From NCBI RefSeq assembly GCF_006345805.1, contig NC_043010.1, forward strand, positions 30,194,001 through 30,258,000: a DNA stretch of 64,000 nucleotides. Reading direction: 5' to 3'. The notes under the pieces were generated by a model. It saw nothing but the letters and a program-made list of their open reading frames with translations. It was not told where the DNA came from and made no database searches. The stretch comes from Octopus sinensis (Eukaryota). Each line of letters opens with the position of its first letter. The stretch's first letter is position 1. Positions 50,856 through 63,927 of this stretch are shown here, one piece after another. The position numbers and the translations under genes are program-made.

Positions 50856-52329
50856 ATACATGACTACAAACATGTATATGCACACGACACCAAACATCAC
50901 ATACGATCACACACACAATACAACTATAAACACTTACAAACATATGCACTCGCACACTTAACACACGGCCATAACAAATACAGAAAGTTGTACGTTTACG
51001 GAAATATATACAACTCACGAAGTTTAACTGCGTATTACGATCTATGGCTGGAGCTGTTGCACCAACTGAATTTTTTATGCTTTCTTACTTTTCGTGCACT
51101 ATATGCAATCACAATACATAAAGGAGGATTTTCTTTTTGAAGTTATTAACTGTTTTTAAAAAAATAATGCGTTTGGGGAAGAAGTTTCCGTGCAGTCTGT
51201 ATTGTGCGTAATTGGCTTCGTTTTCAACTGTTCAAAAAGTAAGTGTTCTCAGTCATTCCGTATAGAGGAATTAGTTTTTGGTAATGATATTGACTAGTTC
51301 TGGTTTAGTTTCTTAAATTTCTTACAAAGTATTCTTCTTCTGCCTTTCGTAGTTGATCATTTTCATCTATTATTTTGTACAAAAGAAATAATTTGAATTC
51401 TCCATTTGTCTAGATGCTTACTACATGGAACATTTCCAAAAGATGAATCTTTAATTTATTGCTTGTGCACATTCACACAGTTGGTTAGTTTCTCGAATAT
51501 AATTCTCGTTGTACTGGGGGCATGGGTCCCAGTAGAGAGCGGGGTTTTGTATTTCAATTCATGCTTGTATTCACTTACAATTCCTTTCCATTTTTGAATT
51601 TTTGGTTGCTCCTTGTTCAAATATTCCACAATGAATGTGTCTCCACAGTTTATTACATACGTTATTTCTTTCTCCGAAGTGAATCTCAACTTTGCTTGGA
51701 GTCTTTTGAGGTTTGGTGGTTGCCTTCGACTGTTGATTTATGATTCTTTAATTAGTTAATTATTTATCGGAAATTCGATGATCGATGTGGAATTGGAAAG
51801 TATCGTTTGGTTGAATGTAGGATTTCGTGGTTCCTTGGATTATGGGTGAATACAAATAGAATATATTTATATTTATAGTTTTCTTTTCACCTTTAGTTTG
51901 AGTGTTCCTCCCAAGGAAGAGATTAGTATTTCTTTTGAATTGGTTATAGTTTGATTTCTTAACATTTTAGCGTATTTCTGCTTTTAAAAGAACTTTTTAA
52001 AATTCTACTAGTCGTTTCTCTCGTCTATTTGCGTCTGTAACTATTGAGTATATATGTCTTGTCATGTTGAGGGATATTATCTTTTCTTGTCGGAAGGATG
52101 GCAAGATCTGAAAACTAAATATTGGTGTGTGTCTGACTCCTTGCAGTAGAGTCCTTTTCTCTAATTATCGCCTAGAAAAGGGAGTTCCCTTTCATTCATT
52201 TCCATTGAGAAGTAGATCGATTCATGAACGTTATTTATTAATGAAATGAATTGTGTAAAGTTCACCTTTTTTTCCCAAATATGAAACAAAACACGTGTGC
52301 TTGAAAAGCTAGACAACAAAAGAGCTTAC

Positions 52330-52717
52330 ACCAAATGGAAGCACTCCGTCGGTTCCGACGACGAGGGTTCCGGTTGATCCGATCAACAGAACAGCCTGCT
52401 CGTGAAATTAACGTGTAAGTGGCTGAGCACTCCACAGACACGTGTACCCTTAACGTAGTTCTCGGGGATATTCAGCGTGACACAGAGAGTGACAAGGCCG
52501 GCCCTTTGAAAAACAGGTACAACAGAAACAGGAAGTAAGAGTGAGAGAAAGTTGTGGTGAAAGAGTACACCAGGGATCACCACAATCCCTGCCGGAGCCT
52601 CGTGGAGCTTTAGGTGTTTTCGCTCAATAAACAATCACAACGCCCGGTCTGGGAATAGAAACCGCGATCCTAAGACCGCGAGTCCGCTGCCCTAACCACT
52701 GGGCCATTGCGCCTCCA
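52330..52717 (-). mobile_element. tRNA-derived SINE, head shared with 39082-39389, different tail
   Basis: Direct comparison. Confidence 0.8.
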
Positions 52718-53147
52718 CGCTTACACCAAAAATACATATAAGAGAACGTCAGTAATTTCTTTAAGCAGAAAGATTTTTAAAAATCTTTCTTCATATATAT
52801 ATATATATATACATATAATCATCACTAATTGTGACTGAGTTAAAGTGAAGTTGTAAGGTATCGCACGAGTGGAAATATATTTGAAAGAAGGTTTGAAAAT
52901 GGAATTTTAAATATGTTTATTCACTTGACCGGTTTTACTTTTTTAGAAAAAGCTTGTCAGAAGTAAAATGTAAAGCTTTGTATAAGCTTTGCTGTGTTAA
53001 GTAATGGATGTCACAAAAGTATTAAAATACATATATACATTCTTTGATAATAATAAAAAAATGTTAAAAACAGTTTACAAGAAAATATTTAAGAAATTAT
53101 TCAACAAAAAGTATTAGGAGTTCAATAAAAATCATGTTTCTTTGGTA

Positions 53148-53204
<57 letters not shown>

Positions 53205-53657
53205 GAAGGAGATATATTTAAGAGTTTACAAAGAATTTGAGATGAACCAACCTGTTTTCCTTGCATTTTTTATTTTGTTTGTAGCTAAGGATTGTTTTCT
53301 ATTTTAAAGGACAGTGTGGGAGCTTGGTTGGGGTGGGGGAAGGATGAGCAATGTGGAATCAAAAGGATTTTTTGTTTCTGGGCTAGTCTGTCATGGTTCA
53401 GTGGTTTTGGGGACTAGTCTTAGAATTCAGAATGGTGTGAGTGTGTGTCTCTGTGCACGTTTCTGTGTGTGTGTATATATACATGTGTCTGTGTTTGTGT
53501 GTGGGTGCCGTTTTTGATTGGTCCCAGAGTTTATTGTGATGTGTGTAAATGGGTCTGTGTGTGTCCGTGTATGTTGGATTTATCTGGGTGGTGTGAATGT
53601 GTGTGCATGTGCGTTTTGTGTATGTTGGTAGACGGAAACAGAAAGAAGCCCGTCTCA

Positions 53658-53727
<70 letters not shown>

Positions 53728-53850
53728 ATATATATATATAAAGGGGTGACAGGATAAATGACGTTATGTCGGCCCACTTAGAATACAGAACTCAAAGGTA
53801 AGTCTCCGAGTCAATAAAATTTTAATCCATAATCGTTAATCGGACTAAAG

Positions 53851-53881
<31 letters not shown>

Positions 53882-53923
53882 ATATATATATTTAGCCTAT
53901 GGATCTATCCTAATCAATGTCTG

Positions 53924-54052
<129 letters not shown>

Positions 54053-54735
54053 TTATCTTTCTATTTATCTATCTCTTTCTCTCTCACTCACTCACTCAGT
54101 CTCTCTGTCGTGAAGTAACTGAAAACTAAATCTGTAGTATTGAGAATATTTGCTGTAGCCCATCTTTTATAGCAAGACAAAACATGTACATGATAACACT
54201 TCCAATCAGTTAAGATCAGATTATTATTATTGACTCTCATATACATAAGTAATCGAAAAATCGGAGAAAGTGCCTTATGGTATTTCACTAGTATGTTTTA
54301 TCTAAGTTCTGAGTCCAGTTCAACTTCGTTTTCCTCCTACCGGGATCGATATAATTAAGTATCAGTCTGTGGTCGATGCAATTGCCTTTAGGCTTCCACA
54401 ACATATACGGCCTTGTGCCAATGTTAAAAATCAATATCAACTGAATATATATCCTATTTCTTCCTCCGATAATAGATAAAACTGTACTGAACTTAATAAG
54501 AGTTTGAGGTTTCTAGACAAAGTGGCTTTTGTGCAGATACAGTCAAAGTCGATGTCGATGATAAAGATAGACTCACGTCATATCGATGTTTTATGTTTTC
54601 TGTATCCACATAAAGACATTCTGTTTGCCGTAAACACACATATATCAATACGTGTTTGTGTTTCTTTTCATTTAAGGCTGATGGAGCAAAATGAGATAGG
54701 GACGTGTCTGTCTAGACACTATATATAATATTCAG

Positions 54736-54851
54736 ATTCGTCACCCACGGTTCGGTTTGAAATCCAACCTTTTTTTTTCACCTGTCTAAGAGGGGCAAAT
54801 ACAGCGAGTATAACCCTTTCCAGGATCAGTGTAACTAGTGAAAAGAATGGA
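54736..54851 (+). CDS. Tentative exon (phase 1-0): SSPTVRFEIQPFFFTC...SEKNG
   Basis: aatattcag| and gga|gtgagt; phase fits after 50390. Confidence 0.35.
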
Positions 54852-55799
54852 GTGAGTTATTCTCAGACTTATTATAAATGTCTTCCATAGAGCGGATGCA
54901 ATTAAATAGACACAGAGATGAGCTGGCGGTTATAAACGATGGATTAAGATCAGAAACAGTCCTTCCCAGGTGCTCCTATAGTTTCTGTCTGCCAATTTTC
55001 CCTGACAAGGTTTTGGCTGACCTGAGACTGTAGTAGAAGATACTTGCTCAAGTTGCCGTGCAGTGGAATTGAACCCCAAAAATGTACAGTTGCAAGACAT
55101 GATTCTTGCCCACAGTTCCTGGGAATCGATAAAAACATATATGATTCAGATTCAGCAGATTATGAAAAGATTAAAGTTTAGTAGTGAAGGCGCCTGGCCT
55201 AGTGGCCAAGTAGTTAAGGTGTTGTACTCATGATCGCAAGATCGTAGTTACTACTCGCAGACTAGGCAGTGAGTGGTATTCTTGAGTAAAACACTTCATG
55301 TCACGTTGCCCCAGCCCACTAAACTTTAAATGAGCAACCCTGCATCCTGTTCAGAAGAAATGTGATCTTAAACGCCACGGAAACCAAGTGACCTGCCCTA
55401 TGAGTCTTAGGATTGAGGATGGTACTTACTAATGTTCAGCAATATTTAATTGAGGAATTTTTTGGCACCCTCAGCGAGTCTAAGACATTTACTATCCATG
55501 GACAATAACCTTCCCAAGGACAACAGATGATCATTTAAAACACTACTTAATATATTGGAGAGGGGGTAATTAACCAAGTGGGGTAACTGTCCCAGGGGGT
55601 AGTTGTCGTCGGGGGGAATTGTCTTATGGAGGGTAATTGTCATGGGGGGTGGAGTACGTAATTGTCCTGATAGGCCCTCAGCAACTGCTTGTGTGAAAAA
55701 CAGCATAGCTGAATTCATCCATTTCTAAGTTTTAACTTGTTAGAAATTCGCGACTCAAGAAACAATTGGTCTGAATTACACATCAAGCCGCTAATACAG

Positions 55800-55897
55800 A
55801 TTTTGCTATCTTGGAGACTTAGCTCGCCCACCCTGCAATTATCTATGACTAACTGGAACAAGTACCATTGTGTTATAGTTATCAAAAGTCAATCCGA
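55800..55897 (+). CDS. Tentative exon (phase 0-2, or terminal): ILLSWRLSSPTLQLSMTNWNKYHCVIVIKSQS
   Basis: ctaatacag| (weak pyrimidine tract) and ga|gtaacc; begins ILLS like exon 11108. Confidence 0.3.
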
Positions 55898-56080
55898 GTA
55901 ACCATGTTTATTTGAAAAACAAAGATGTTAGAAAAGGTTTAACTATCTCACTTCTCATTTCAATCAAACACCAACCACTTCAAAGTTAGTTTTCAATACT
56001 TTTGGTTTAAGTAAAATAAAAGCAACGTAATGTTTGATTATACATACCTTCTAATAATATATATATATATGTACCTTCTA

Positions 56081-56124
<44 letters not shown>

Positions 56125-56194
56125 CTAAAATAACTGACGCTTTTTTTCTTATTAGAAAAAACAAATTAAATATTAGTCTTTAGTTCTCTGTAAT

Positions 56195-57090
56195 ATTGGT
56201 TTCAAATTTTGGCACAAGGCCAGCGAGACCAGGGAAGGTGAGGTAAATTGATTACATCGACCCCCAGAGTTCAACTGGTACTTACTTTATCGACCCTAAA
56301 AGAGATGAAAGGTAAAGTCGACCTCGGTGGAATTTAAACTCAGAACGTAAGGACGGACTAAATGTTGCCAAGCATTTCACTCGGCATGCTAACTATTCTG
56401 CCAGCTCGCCGCATTAAGTCTCTCATAACATTGGTTTCAAATTTTGGCACAAGGCCAGGAACTTTTTGAGAGGGTGCTAGTCGATTACATCGATCCAAAT
56501 GTTCAAATGGTACTTAATTTATCGACCCCCGAAAAGATGAAAGGCAAAGACAACCTCGGCTTGAACTCAGAACATGCAGACAGACGAAATACCGCTAAGC
56601 ATTTTCCCTGGTGCGTTAACGATTCTGCCAGTTCCCCGCCTGAATTCTCTCATAATATTAATAATGCTTTCTACTATAGGCACGAGGTCTAGAATTGTGT
56701 AGAGGGTGCTTGTCAATTATATTGACCCTAGTGTTTATCTGGTACTTCTTTTATTGACACCGAAAAGATGAAACAGACAGTCGACCTCGGCGGAATTTGA
56801 ATTTAGAACGTCAAGATCCATAAAGAAATGCCGCTAAGGATCTTGTCCGACGCGTTAGAAATAATGCCAGCTCGCCACCTTAATAGTAATAATAATAAAG
56901 GATTCAAATTTTGGCACAAGGTCAACAATTTCGGGTTGAGGGGTAAGTCGATTACATCGACCCCAGTACTAAAGTGATATTTATTTTATCAAACCCGAAA
57001 GGACCTCGGCGGAATTTGAACTCAGAGCATAAAGACAAACAAAATGCTTCTAAGCATTTTGTCCGTTGTGCTAACGATTCTGCTCAAAAA
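56195..57090 (-). mobile_element. Head-to-tail array of four diverged SINE copies
   Basis: aaattttggcacaagg..gattacatcgacc..gtcgacctcgg repeats with ~235-bp period. Confidence 0.8.
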
Positions 57091-57094
57091 CGAT

Positions 57095-60000
57095 GTTGCT
57101 TTTGTAGGATCAGATAACTCTGCCGCCTCTCTGTTTCCTTCATTTAGAGACTCGTAGAACAGTTTCTGATCCGTTCTAAACAGTTGGCTTAGTTTCAGGT
57201 ATAGGCATCTTTTGATTTTATTCCTACCCACATTCATCTTTTGTTTTTAAACCTATTCTGTTGAAGAAAATGAGAGCTGGTTACAAACTGCAAAAAAATA
57301 TGAGACCAATTAACCACCTGGTACTCATGGGACAATTTGAAGCATTACGGAGCTAACAGAAATGAACTGGACTCCCTAATTCAGACCGTACGAACTTTCT
57401 CATATATTTTTATATCCTGGTATTGGATAAACAACGCAACAAGGGGAAAAGTATTCACGTGATGCCCTACGATTTCTGTTACACGAGGTTAAACGCTCTC
57501 TGCCAACGACTCACAGTGAACTGCTTACCCTAAATTGCTGACAGTTCTCTATTTTATAGCAATGTGTCAATCCACTTTTAGTCACATGGATGGGTGGGGT
57601 TCGGAATCCTTCCACGACATCTCCCCTTTTTAGAATTAGTCTCCCCTTCCACAACGTCTCCCCTTTTGAGAATTAAAGTCCGCTCAGGGTTTTAATATCT
57701 CTTACGCTTAGGGTTCAATTCCAGTGTTTCCGTTCTTTTCCGTTTTCTGGTGCTAGAATGTTTAGTTTCAAATTGTTTGGGAGTTGATGCCTCAAATGTG
57801 TCGTACAATACTTCCATGGGGATTTCATTTCTCGTGACTGTTTTTCCGTGTTTTTTTTTTAAGTTGGTTAATATGTCTTTTATGTTTGACATATTTTTCT
57901 TTTTACCAGGAATTACATTCTTCCCATTTGTTTAAAAATTACACTGTCCTCCCAGCTTTCTTTACTATATCTATATGTTTAAAAAAAAACTTTGTCACTT
58001 AACTTGAAGAATTTTGAAGTATTTTTGTTGTTCGCCTTTTTTTCTATTTTCACTTGGTATCGACTTATGAAAAACGGATCTGATCTTTCTTGCAAATATC
58101 AACTCTGCGGGTGACATTCCAGACGGAGTATTCGGATTAAGTGTTACTCGGTACACTCTTAGAAATTGTTGAAGTGCGAGGTCGTCCTTTACTTCATTGT
58201 TCACCTTTTTTAGGATCCTCTCTTTTAGAATTCCGCTTGTCTGTTTGACATAGGATGATACGGCAGAGTGGTGACATGTTCGATAACGAATATTTTACAA
58301 AATTTTCTGAACTCGTCTGAAGTAAATTGAGTTCCGTTATCAGACAAAATAGTATCAGGAATACCACTTCTGGCGAACAGATCCTGTAAAAAACCTACAG
58401 CTTTTTACACTTATACACTTCAGGCCACTTTGAAATACTGTCCACTACAAAGTAATATGATCCTTTGAGTGGACCTGTGTGATCGACATGCAGTCTGGCC
58501 TATGGAACATCTGTTTTTGGCCATGGTTGCCATTTAGTGTTAGGTGCTTTTGCAGCTAGGGTACACCCTCTGCATGCTTTCACTAGTTCTTCAATGTCAC
58601 CGTTAATAACTTCTCATTAACGATTTCATTCTCGAAATCCCCGAGTGACCAATGTGAAATTCCTTTAGTAATCGCTTCTGTAGTGTGACTGACGAGCACT
58701 ACGACTCTTTGTGCGTACATCAACACATTGTGACATATTGAAAATGGGTTCACATTTGTGTTGCACATATTTTCATCTTTTAACTTTCAGCATTTCCTTC
58801 ATTTTTTTAAATGAATTTATCATTTTCCGATTTTAATTTTATGTATTGTAATGTGACTGGCTGTTCACGTATGACATTACACAAAACATTTTAAATTTCC
58901 TTTTCCGCTCGCAATGCAGCAATCACAGCATTTTTAGAAATCAGTCTTGATGAACAATCAGTGTGTCCTAATTTTTTATATGGTATATACTCCATCTTAA
59001 AATCATAGTTTAATGATATAGTACTCCAGCGTTGCAATCTATTAGGAGTATGGGTAGGGAATCTTTTTTTCGACCTATATATGAGTAATAACGTATAATG
59101 ATCAGTCTATAGTCAAAAATTTCTACCGTGTAAAAATCTGGGAAATTTTTTACGCCAAAGATAATCGCTAAAGCCTCTTTTTCGATTTGGCTATAATTTT
59201 TTTTATGTTGATATCAGAGAACGCGAGGCATGAACCACCAACTTCATGTTACCATCTTTATATTTATGTAGCATTACTGTTCCTATACCATACTTAAAGG
59301 CATCTAAAGCTACTATATTCTCCACTGCAGGATCGAAATGCACTAAGGACAAATCAGATGTTAATATTTTCTTAATTTCGTCGAACACCTGACAATTTTC
59401 AGACCAGTTCCACTTTATATCATTTTTAGCAGACTATTTAGAGTTGCTCTTACCTTATGCATCTTTGGAATATAACATGGTTTTGTTGTTGTTGCAGCTG
59501 TTGTTGATGCAACTGCACCACGGAGAGCAATAAGTCTTTCATGTTAAAATGATTTTTTTTCTTTGGTTCTGTACTAAAAAAAATTATAAACGGCCATCAC
59601 AAGCTTGGAACAACTAGTCGCCCCTTTTATATCCTGATGTTGGATTTAATGAATTTAACGAAGCAGGGGGAAAAAGTATTCACACGACGCGCTATGATTA
59701 CTGTTACACGAGGTTAAACGCTCTCTGCCAACGGATCACAGTGAACTGCTTACCCTAAATTGCTGACAGTTCTTCATTTTATAATGTGTCAGTTCACTTT
59801 TATTCACATAAGGTGGAGTGGGGTCGGAAACCTTCCATAACAGACATCTAGATGGCATTTGGTCTAGATCAACGAGCTGTTGTTAAACTAGAGATAGGGC
59901 GAAACTAAACAGCAGTGGAGTAGAACTTACAGATAATAATCGTATAGGAGAAGTGAACGGAGAATGTTACAAGTATTTTGTTATTTAACAATTGGGCCAG

Positions 60001-61040
60001 ATTATGAACACCAAGAGGAAGGAGAAAATTTCTTCTGAATATACTAGAAGAATAAAAAAGTAGTTTCGATCGAATCTGAAAGGAGGAAACCTGATCAGTG
60101 ACATCAACGCTTGGTATGCTACTGCACGGGAATTGTGAAATGGACAAAGAAAGAATTGGTCGGCATAGTCACAAAAACTCGGAAAATAATGGCCATGTAT
60201 CGGTACCTTCATATTACAAGTAACGTAGCTAAGCTTTACCTACCTAGGAAAGAAAGTAGAAAAAGATTGGTTGGAAAAGAGGATAGAGTTACGAGTCGAT
60301 CAAGTCCTTGCATGCTTATCGTCGAGATAATTACGAAAGAATGTTGTAGGCTGCTCCGGATGAGGTGATTAATGATAATAATGAGACCGTCTTGAAATAC
60401 AAAATAAGAGCTAATGAAGAAACGATCATCAACTGGAAAGAAATTTTGTTTCTGCTGCTTTATCAAAAATCATTGAGACATTAGTGGATGCTTATCATTA
60501 GAAGTTTAAAACCACTATGACCAAGTGACATTGCAAGTATACTGGTAGTTGTGCAGAAAGTTTTGGCTAGAAAGTCCCAACAAATGGTACGAGAGCCAAC
60601 CTTTGCACGTAGCAGAGAATATTCAGGTGAAACTCACGTGTAATATGCTGATCTACACGGATAAGAATTTGCAGTATAACTGACTAAGTATCACATTTCC
60701 ACGGAAGGAGTACAAAGAATGGACCTTCATCGATGTAGCAAAACCTGCAAATCAGAATATTGGGAAAACAGGGAACAAGTAAGTCGAGAGTGCCAAGACC
60801 TAGCATTAGAAGTAAAATGCCTCGAGAAAGCTTCAAGCGTATGTGTGATACCTATCGTGATCATCTCAAATAAAGCAATGATCTGGCATGAAAAGCTGAA
60901 AATAGTAAAGGAAGTAGAAAGCTAGCAGTAATACTCAGAACCAGTATATGTGTTGAGAAACGTGTTGAGTCTCTAAACTGCAAGAAGGAGCTGAGACGTA
61001 ATATCGGTAACCTGGGAAAAGAAAAGATATGACAATGATA
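57095..61040 (+). mobile_element. R4/Dong-like non-LTR retrotransposon (RT domain 5 onward plus REL endonuclease), split by gypsy, with inverted 5' piece at 57095-57245
   Basis: INHL..(MDD)LK.YG.N.NELDSLIQTVRTFS | DI.MAFGLD; WTKKEL..KTRKIM..YLPRK; NKWYE.QP..IDVA.P..QDLA.E. Confidence 0.8.
57408..59842 (-). mobile_element. Internally deleted Ty3/gypsy element with both LTRs (57408-57619, 59625-59842), PPT, RNase H and integrase remnants
   Basis: Direct repeats starting TGT on the - strand; PPT aaaaaggggaga at 57620-57631; PBS-like ggcgactag; HFDP..DA..YGIG..HASRSL, YSQIEKEALAIIFGVK, QQFLRVYRVT. Confidence 0.88.
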
Positions 61041-61715
61041 ATAATCCTTAACAACAACAACAATAATTTTTTCTACTATAGACACAAGGCCTGAAATTTT
61101 GGGGGAGGGGCTAGTCGATTACATCGATCCCAGTGCGTAATTGGTTCTTATTTCAGCAACCCCGAAAGAATGAAAGGCAAGTCGACCTCGGAGGAATTTG
61201 AACTCAGAACGTAAGGACGGACGAAATGCCACTAAGCATTTTCCCGGTGTATTAACGATTGCGCTAACTCACCGCCTTAACAACAATAATAATCTTTTCT
61301 ACTATAGAAACAAGGCCAGCAAGAATAATAATGATAATGATTTCTTATTTATAAATTATTTATAATATAGGTACAAGGCCAACAAATTCGAGGAGGTCTT
61401 ATTCAATACCGGTACTTTATTAGCGGTACTTTATTAGCGACCTCGAAAGGATGAAAAGCAAAAATTGGTGTTTCTGCGCTGGTGTCGAATCCCACCTAGG
61501 TCTTCTTTGCCTTTCTGTCTTTCGTGGTCAGTGAAATAAATACCAGTTAAGAAGTGGGATTGATGATATCGATTAAACCCTACCCTAAGAATTGCTGGCC
61601 TCGAGCCTTAATTATGAACAATTAATGTTGGATTCTGTTTTTTCCTTTGGATATATTTAACTAACGCGATAAAAAACAAAATGGAGTCCATATTTACTGA
61701 ACCCCATATTTTCAG

Positions 61716-61883
61716 AAGTTTCATATCATTTGATCAGTCACTTCAGACGACATCAACTAAGTTATCTGTTGGTATCGTCGTTTCACGCCAACCTAAGTTC
61801 CAGTTGAGCAGTATATCTATTATCAAAGACATTTCGTCTTTTGTCTTTTCTTTTACACATTATGCGCCTTGTGAAAGCGTTAG
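61716..61883 (+). CDS. Probable exon (phase 2-2): SFISFDQSLQTTSTKLSVGIVVSRQPK...HYAPCESV
   Basis: atattttcag| and ttag|gtatgt, 168 nt open. Confidence 0.5.
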
Positions 61884-63243
61884 GTATGTTCGGTTCATGA
61901 CCATAAGGTGGTAGTTTTAATTTCTGGACCGAGAAGCGCGCTGCATCTTTGAGCAAGGCACTTCATTTCATGTTACTCTAGTTTACTCAGCTGTAAATAG
62001 GTACTGGCTAGATACTGGTGTAACTCTCTCTTGTTCCAGTAATCACATCCTAGTTGTTTCGCTGGTTTAAGAGTAAGTTGGCCAAGAAGGTGTCTATCTC
62101 TGCTCACGGCTACAATAGCGTGCTACATGTTACCTAGCCATACTCACTCATAAAGGTTTGCTGTACTTCAGTGTAACCTAGGTTACTTTGCATTATCCGA
62201 TACGTGTTTTCCCTTTATCAAAATCACCATCATCAATCACTGGGCAATAACTGCCTCGAGTCTTAAGACTCTTCAAGTCAGTCATCCGGTTTTCATGGCG
62301 TACAACTGATCGACATTACAATATTCTCCCGAAATGGAGTGCCATTCCGTCACAGAATTACTCATTTATAGCTGACTGAACTGGAGCAACATAAAACGAA
62401 GTATTTTGTTCAAGATCACAACTCGCCGCCCAACCCAGGAATCGAAACCACGATCGCAAGATCATGAGTATAACACCCTAACCATGAAGCCACATCAATT
62501 AACTCTTTTTAAAAATTGGATGTAATTTAGATTCTGTTTCAGCTCAAGCAACGAATCCCTCGTTAGTCGTCATAAAAATTAGCATTTTATACACAATATT
62601 TCCAGTGAATGAACAGATATTGTTTTCATATTTTGTCGAATCTCACCTCAAGTACATATTCATCATGTCAAGCACATTAGGAAAAATATAGATTAATAGG
62701 CGTTGAACTAAATCGATTAACTACTAACCTATTGTCATCTTATTGATCCTAGATTTCGTAAAAATCAACGTACACTTTGTCAGAACTTCAATTCGAATCC
62801 ATCAGCTTGCGTGTTTATTTTTTTATTCATTTTCCATCAGACATTCACGTGAAAATAGTGTCGCATGTTATAGGTTTCCAAGGGAGCCAGTCATTGTTTT
62901 ACTGCTTTCCTGTAGGAAGAGTGAAAGATAGTGTCTGTTTAAATCGAATGGGATAAATATCATAATGTATTTTAATATATACTTTATTGCATCCATTAAA
63001 GCGGAGATCAACTTTATCAACTTCTTTGTAAATAATGAAGTCCACGTAGAAGTGTTCTGATGTTTCCAATAAACTTTGATGAGTTATCTTTATAATTCAC
63101 TTTTTTTCTTAATTTTTCAAATTAAGTAACTTATGATTTATAGACACTCTGCACACACCACACACACACACACACAAATACACACACACACAAACACACA
63201 CACACACACACTCACATACATACACATGCATGCATACGTATAA

Positions 63244-63307
<64 letters not shown>

Positions 63308-63439
63308 AATCGTCAGTAGTTCATATATCCGAAAAAGAAACACGCTCTAAAGCATTAGACTAGTAATATATATGTTTTTTATGGGCGGTCAGAGAATGAC
63401 CATTAGTTTTGCACTTTTAAAGCACGTTCATGGCCAGCT

Positions 63440-63915
63440 ACCTCTGGGTTTAAAAAAAGAAGACACATCATGCGTAATTAAATGGACAATCCTTGAATAA
63501 TCGGGGCCATATCCCACGGGAGCAAAAGATGCAAGCTTAGTTTGACCGAAAGTGCAAGAGTCCTGAAAAACTCGCTTAATCTGGAGGCCTTTGTAAACTC
63601 CAGAAAAGAAGTGTCTAGTCAATGCCTTCGTCAGAAGCGTTTCCCATAACAAGCTTAAAATTCCCCATTTGCCGAATCACAGGCTCCGTAAACCGTCACA
63701 GCTGGAACTGATGTAAAGGGGATAACCCCGTTCTGAACGAAAATCTAACTGCAGGGTTCGGTCCGTATATCTTTTTTTTTTTTGTTTACAAAACTAACTG
63801 ACTGACCCGGATGTTTTCCTCACACCAGTTGAGTCTGACGAATCGCCTATGTAGCTAAACGCTTTATAAGTACGAAATCAATGGTAACTCTATGACCGGC
63901 CATAAACAATCGTGT
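63440..63915 (+). mobile_element. Penelope-like 3' end (GIY-YIG tail plus terminal repeat)
   Basis: Decayed IKWTILE.S.PY..G.K.C.L-type motif followed by a hammerhead-like core. Confidence 0.5.
63831..63890 (+). ncRNA. Candidate type I hammerhead with long, poorly paired helix II
   Basis: GAGT/ACTC helix I, CTGACGA, GAAA, ATC/GGT helix III, GUA. Confidence 0.4.
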
Positions 63916-63927
63916 ATATATATATAT

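Noticed and set aside
51000-52200. Purine-biased - strand stretch with short ORFs
   Set aside because: Likely an old retroelement, but no motif clear enough to classify
54504-54728. 74-aa ORF with an acceptor at 54536
   Set aside because: No donor giving a phase compatible with the model; the phase-1 reading hits a stop
55560-55670. ggggtaattgtcc-like short tandem motif resembling repeat-spacer arrays
   Set aside because: Irregular degenerate minisatellite in a eukaryotic repeat, with no unique spacers or cas genes; not CRISPR
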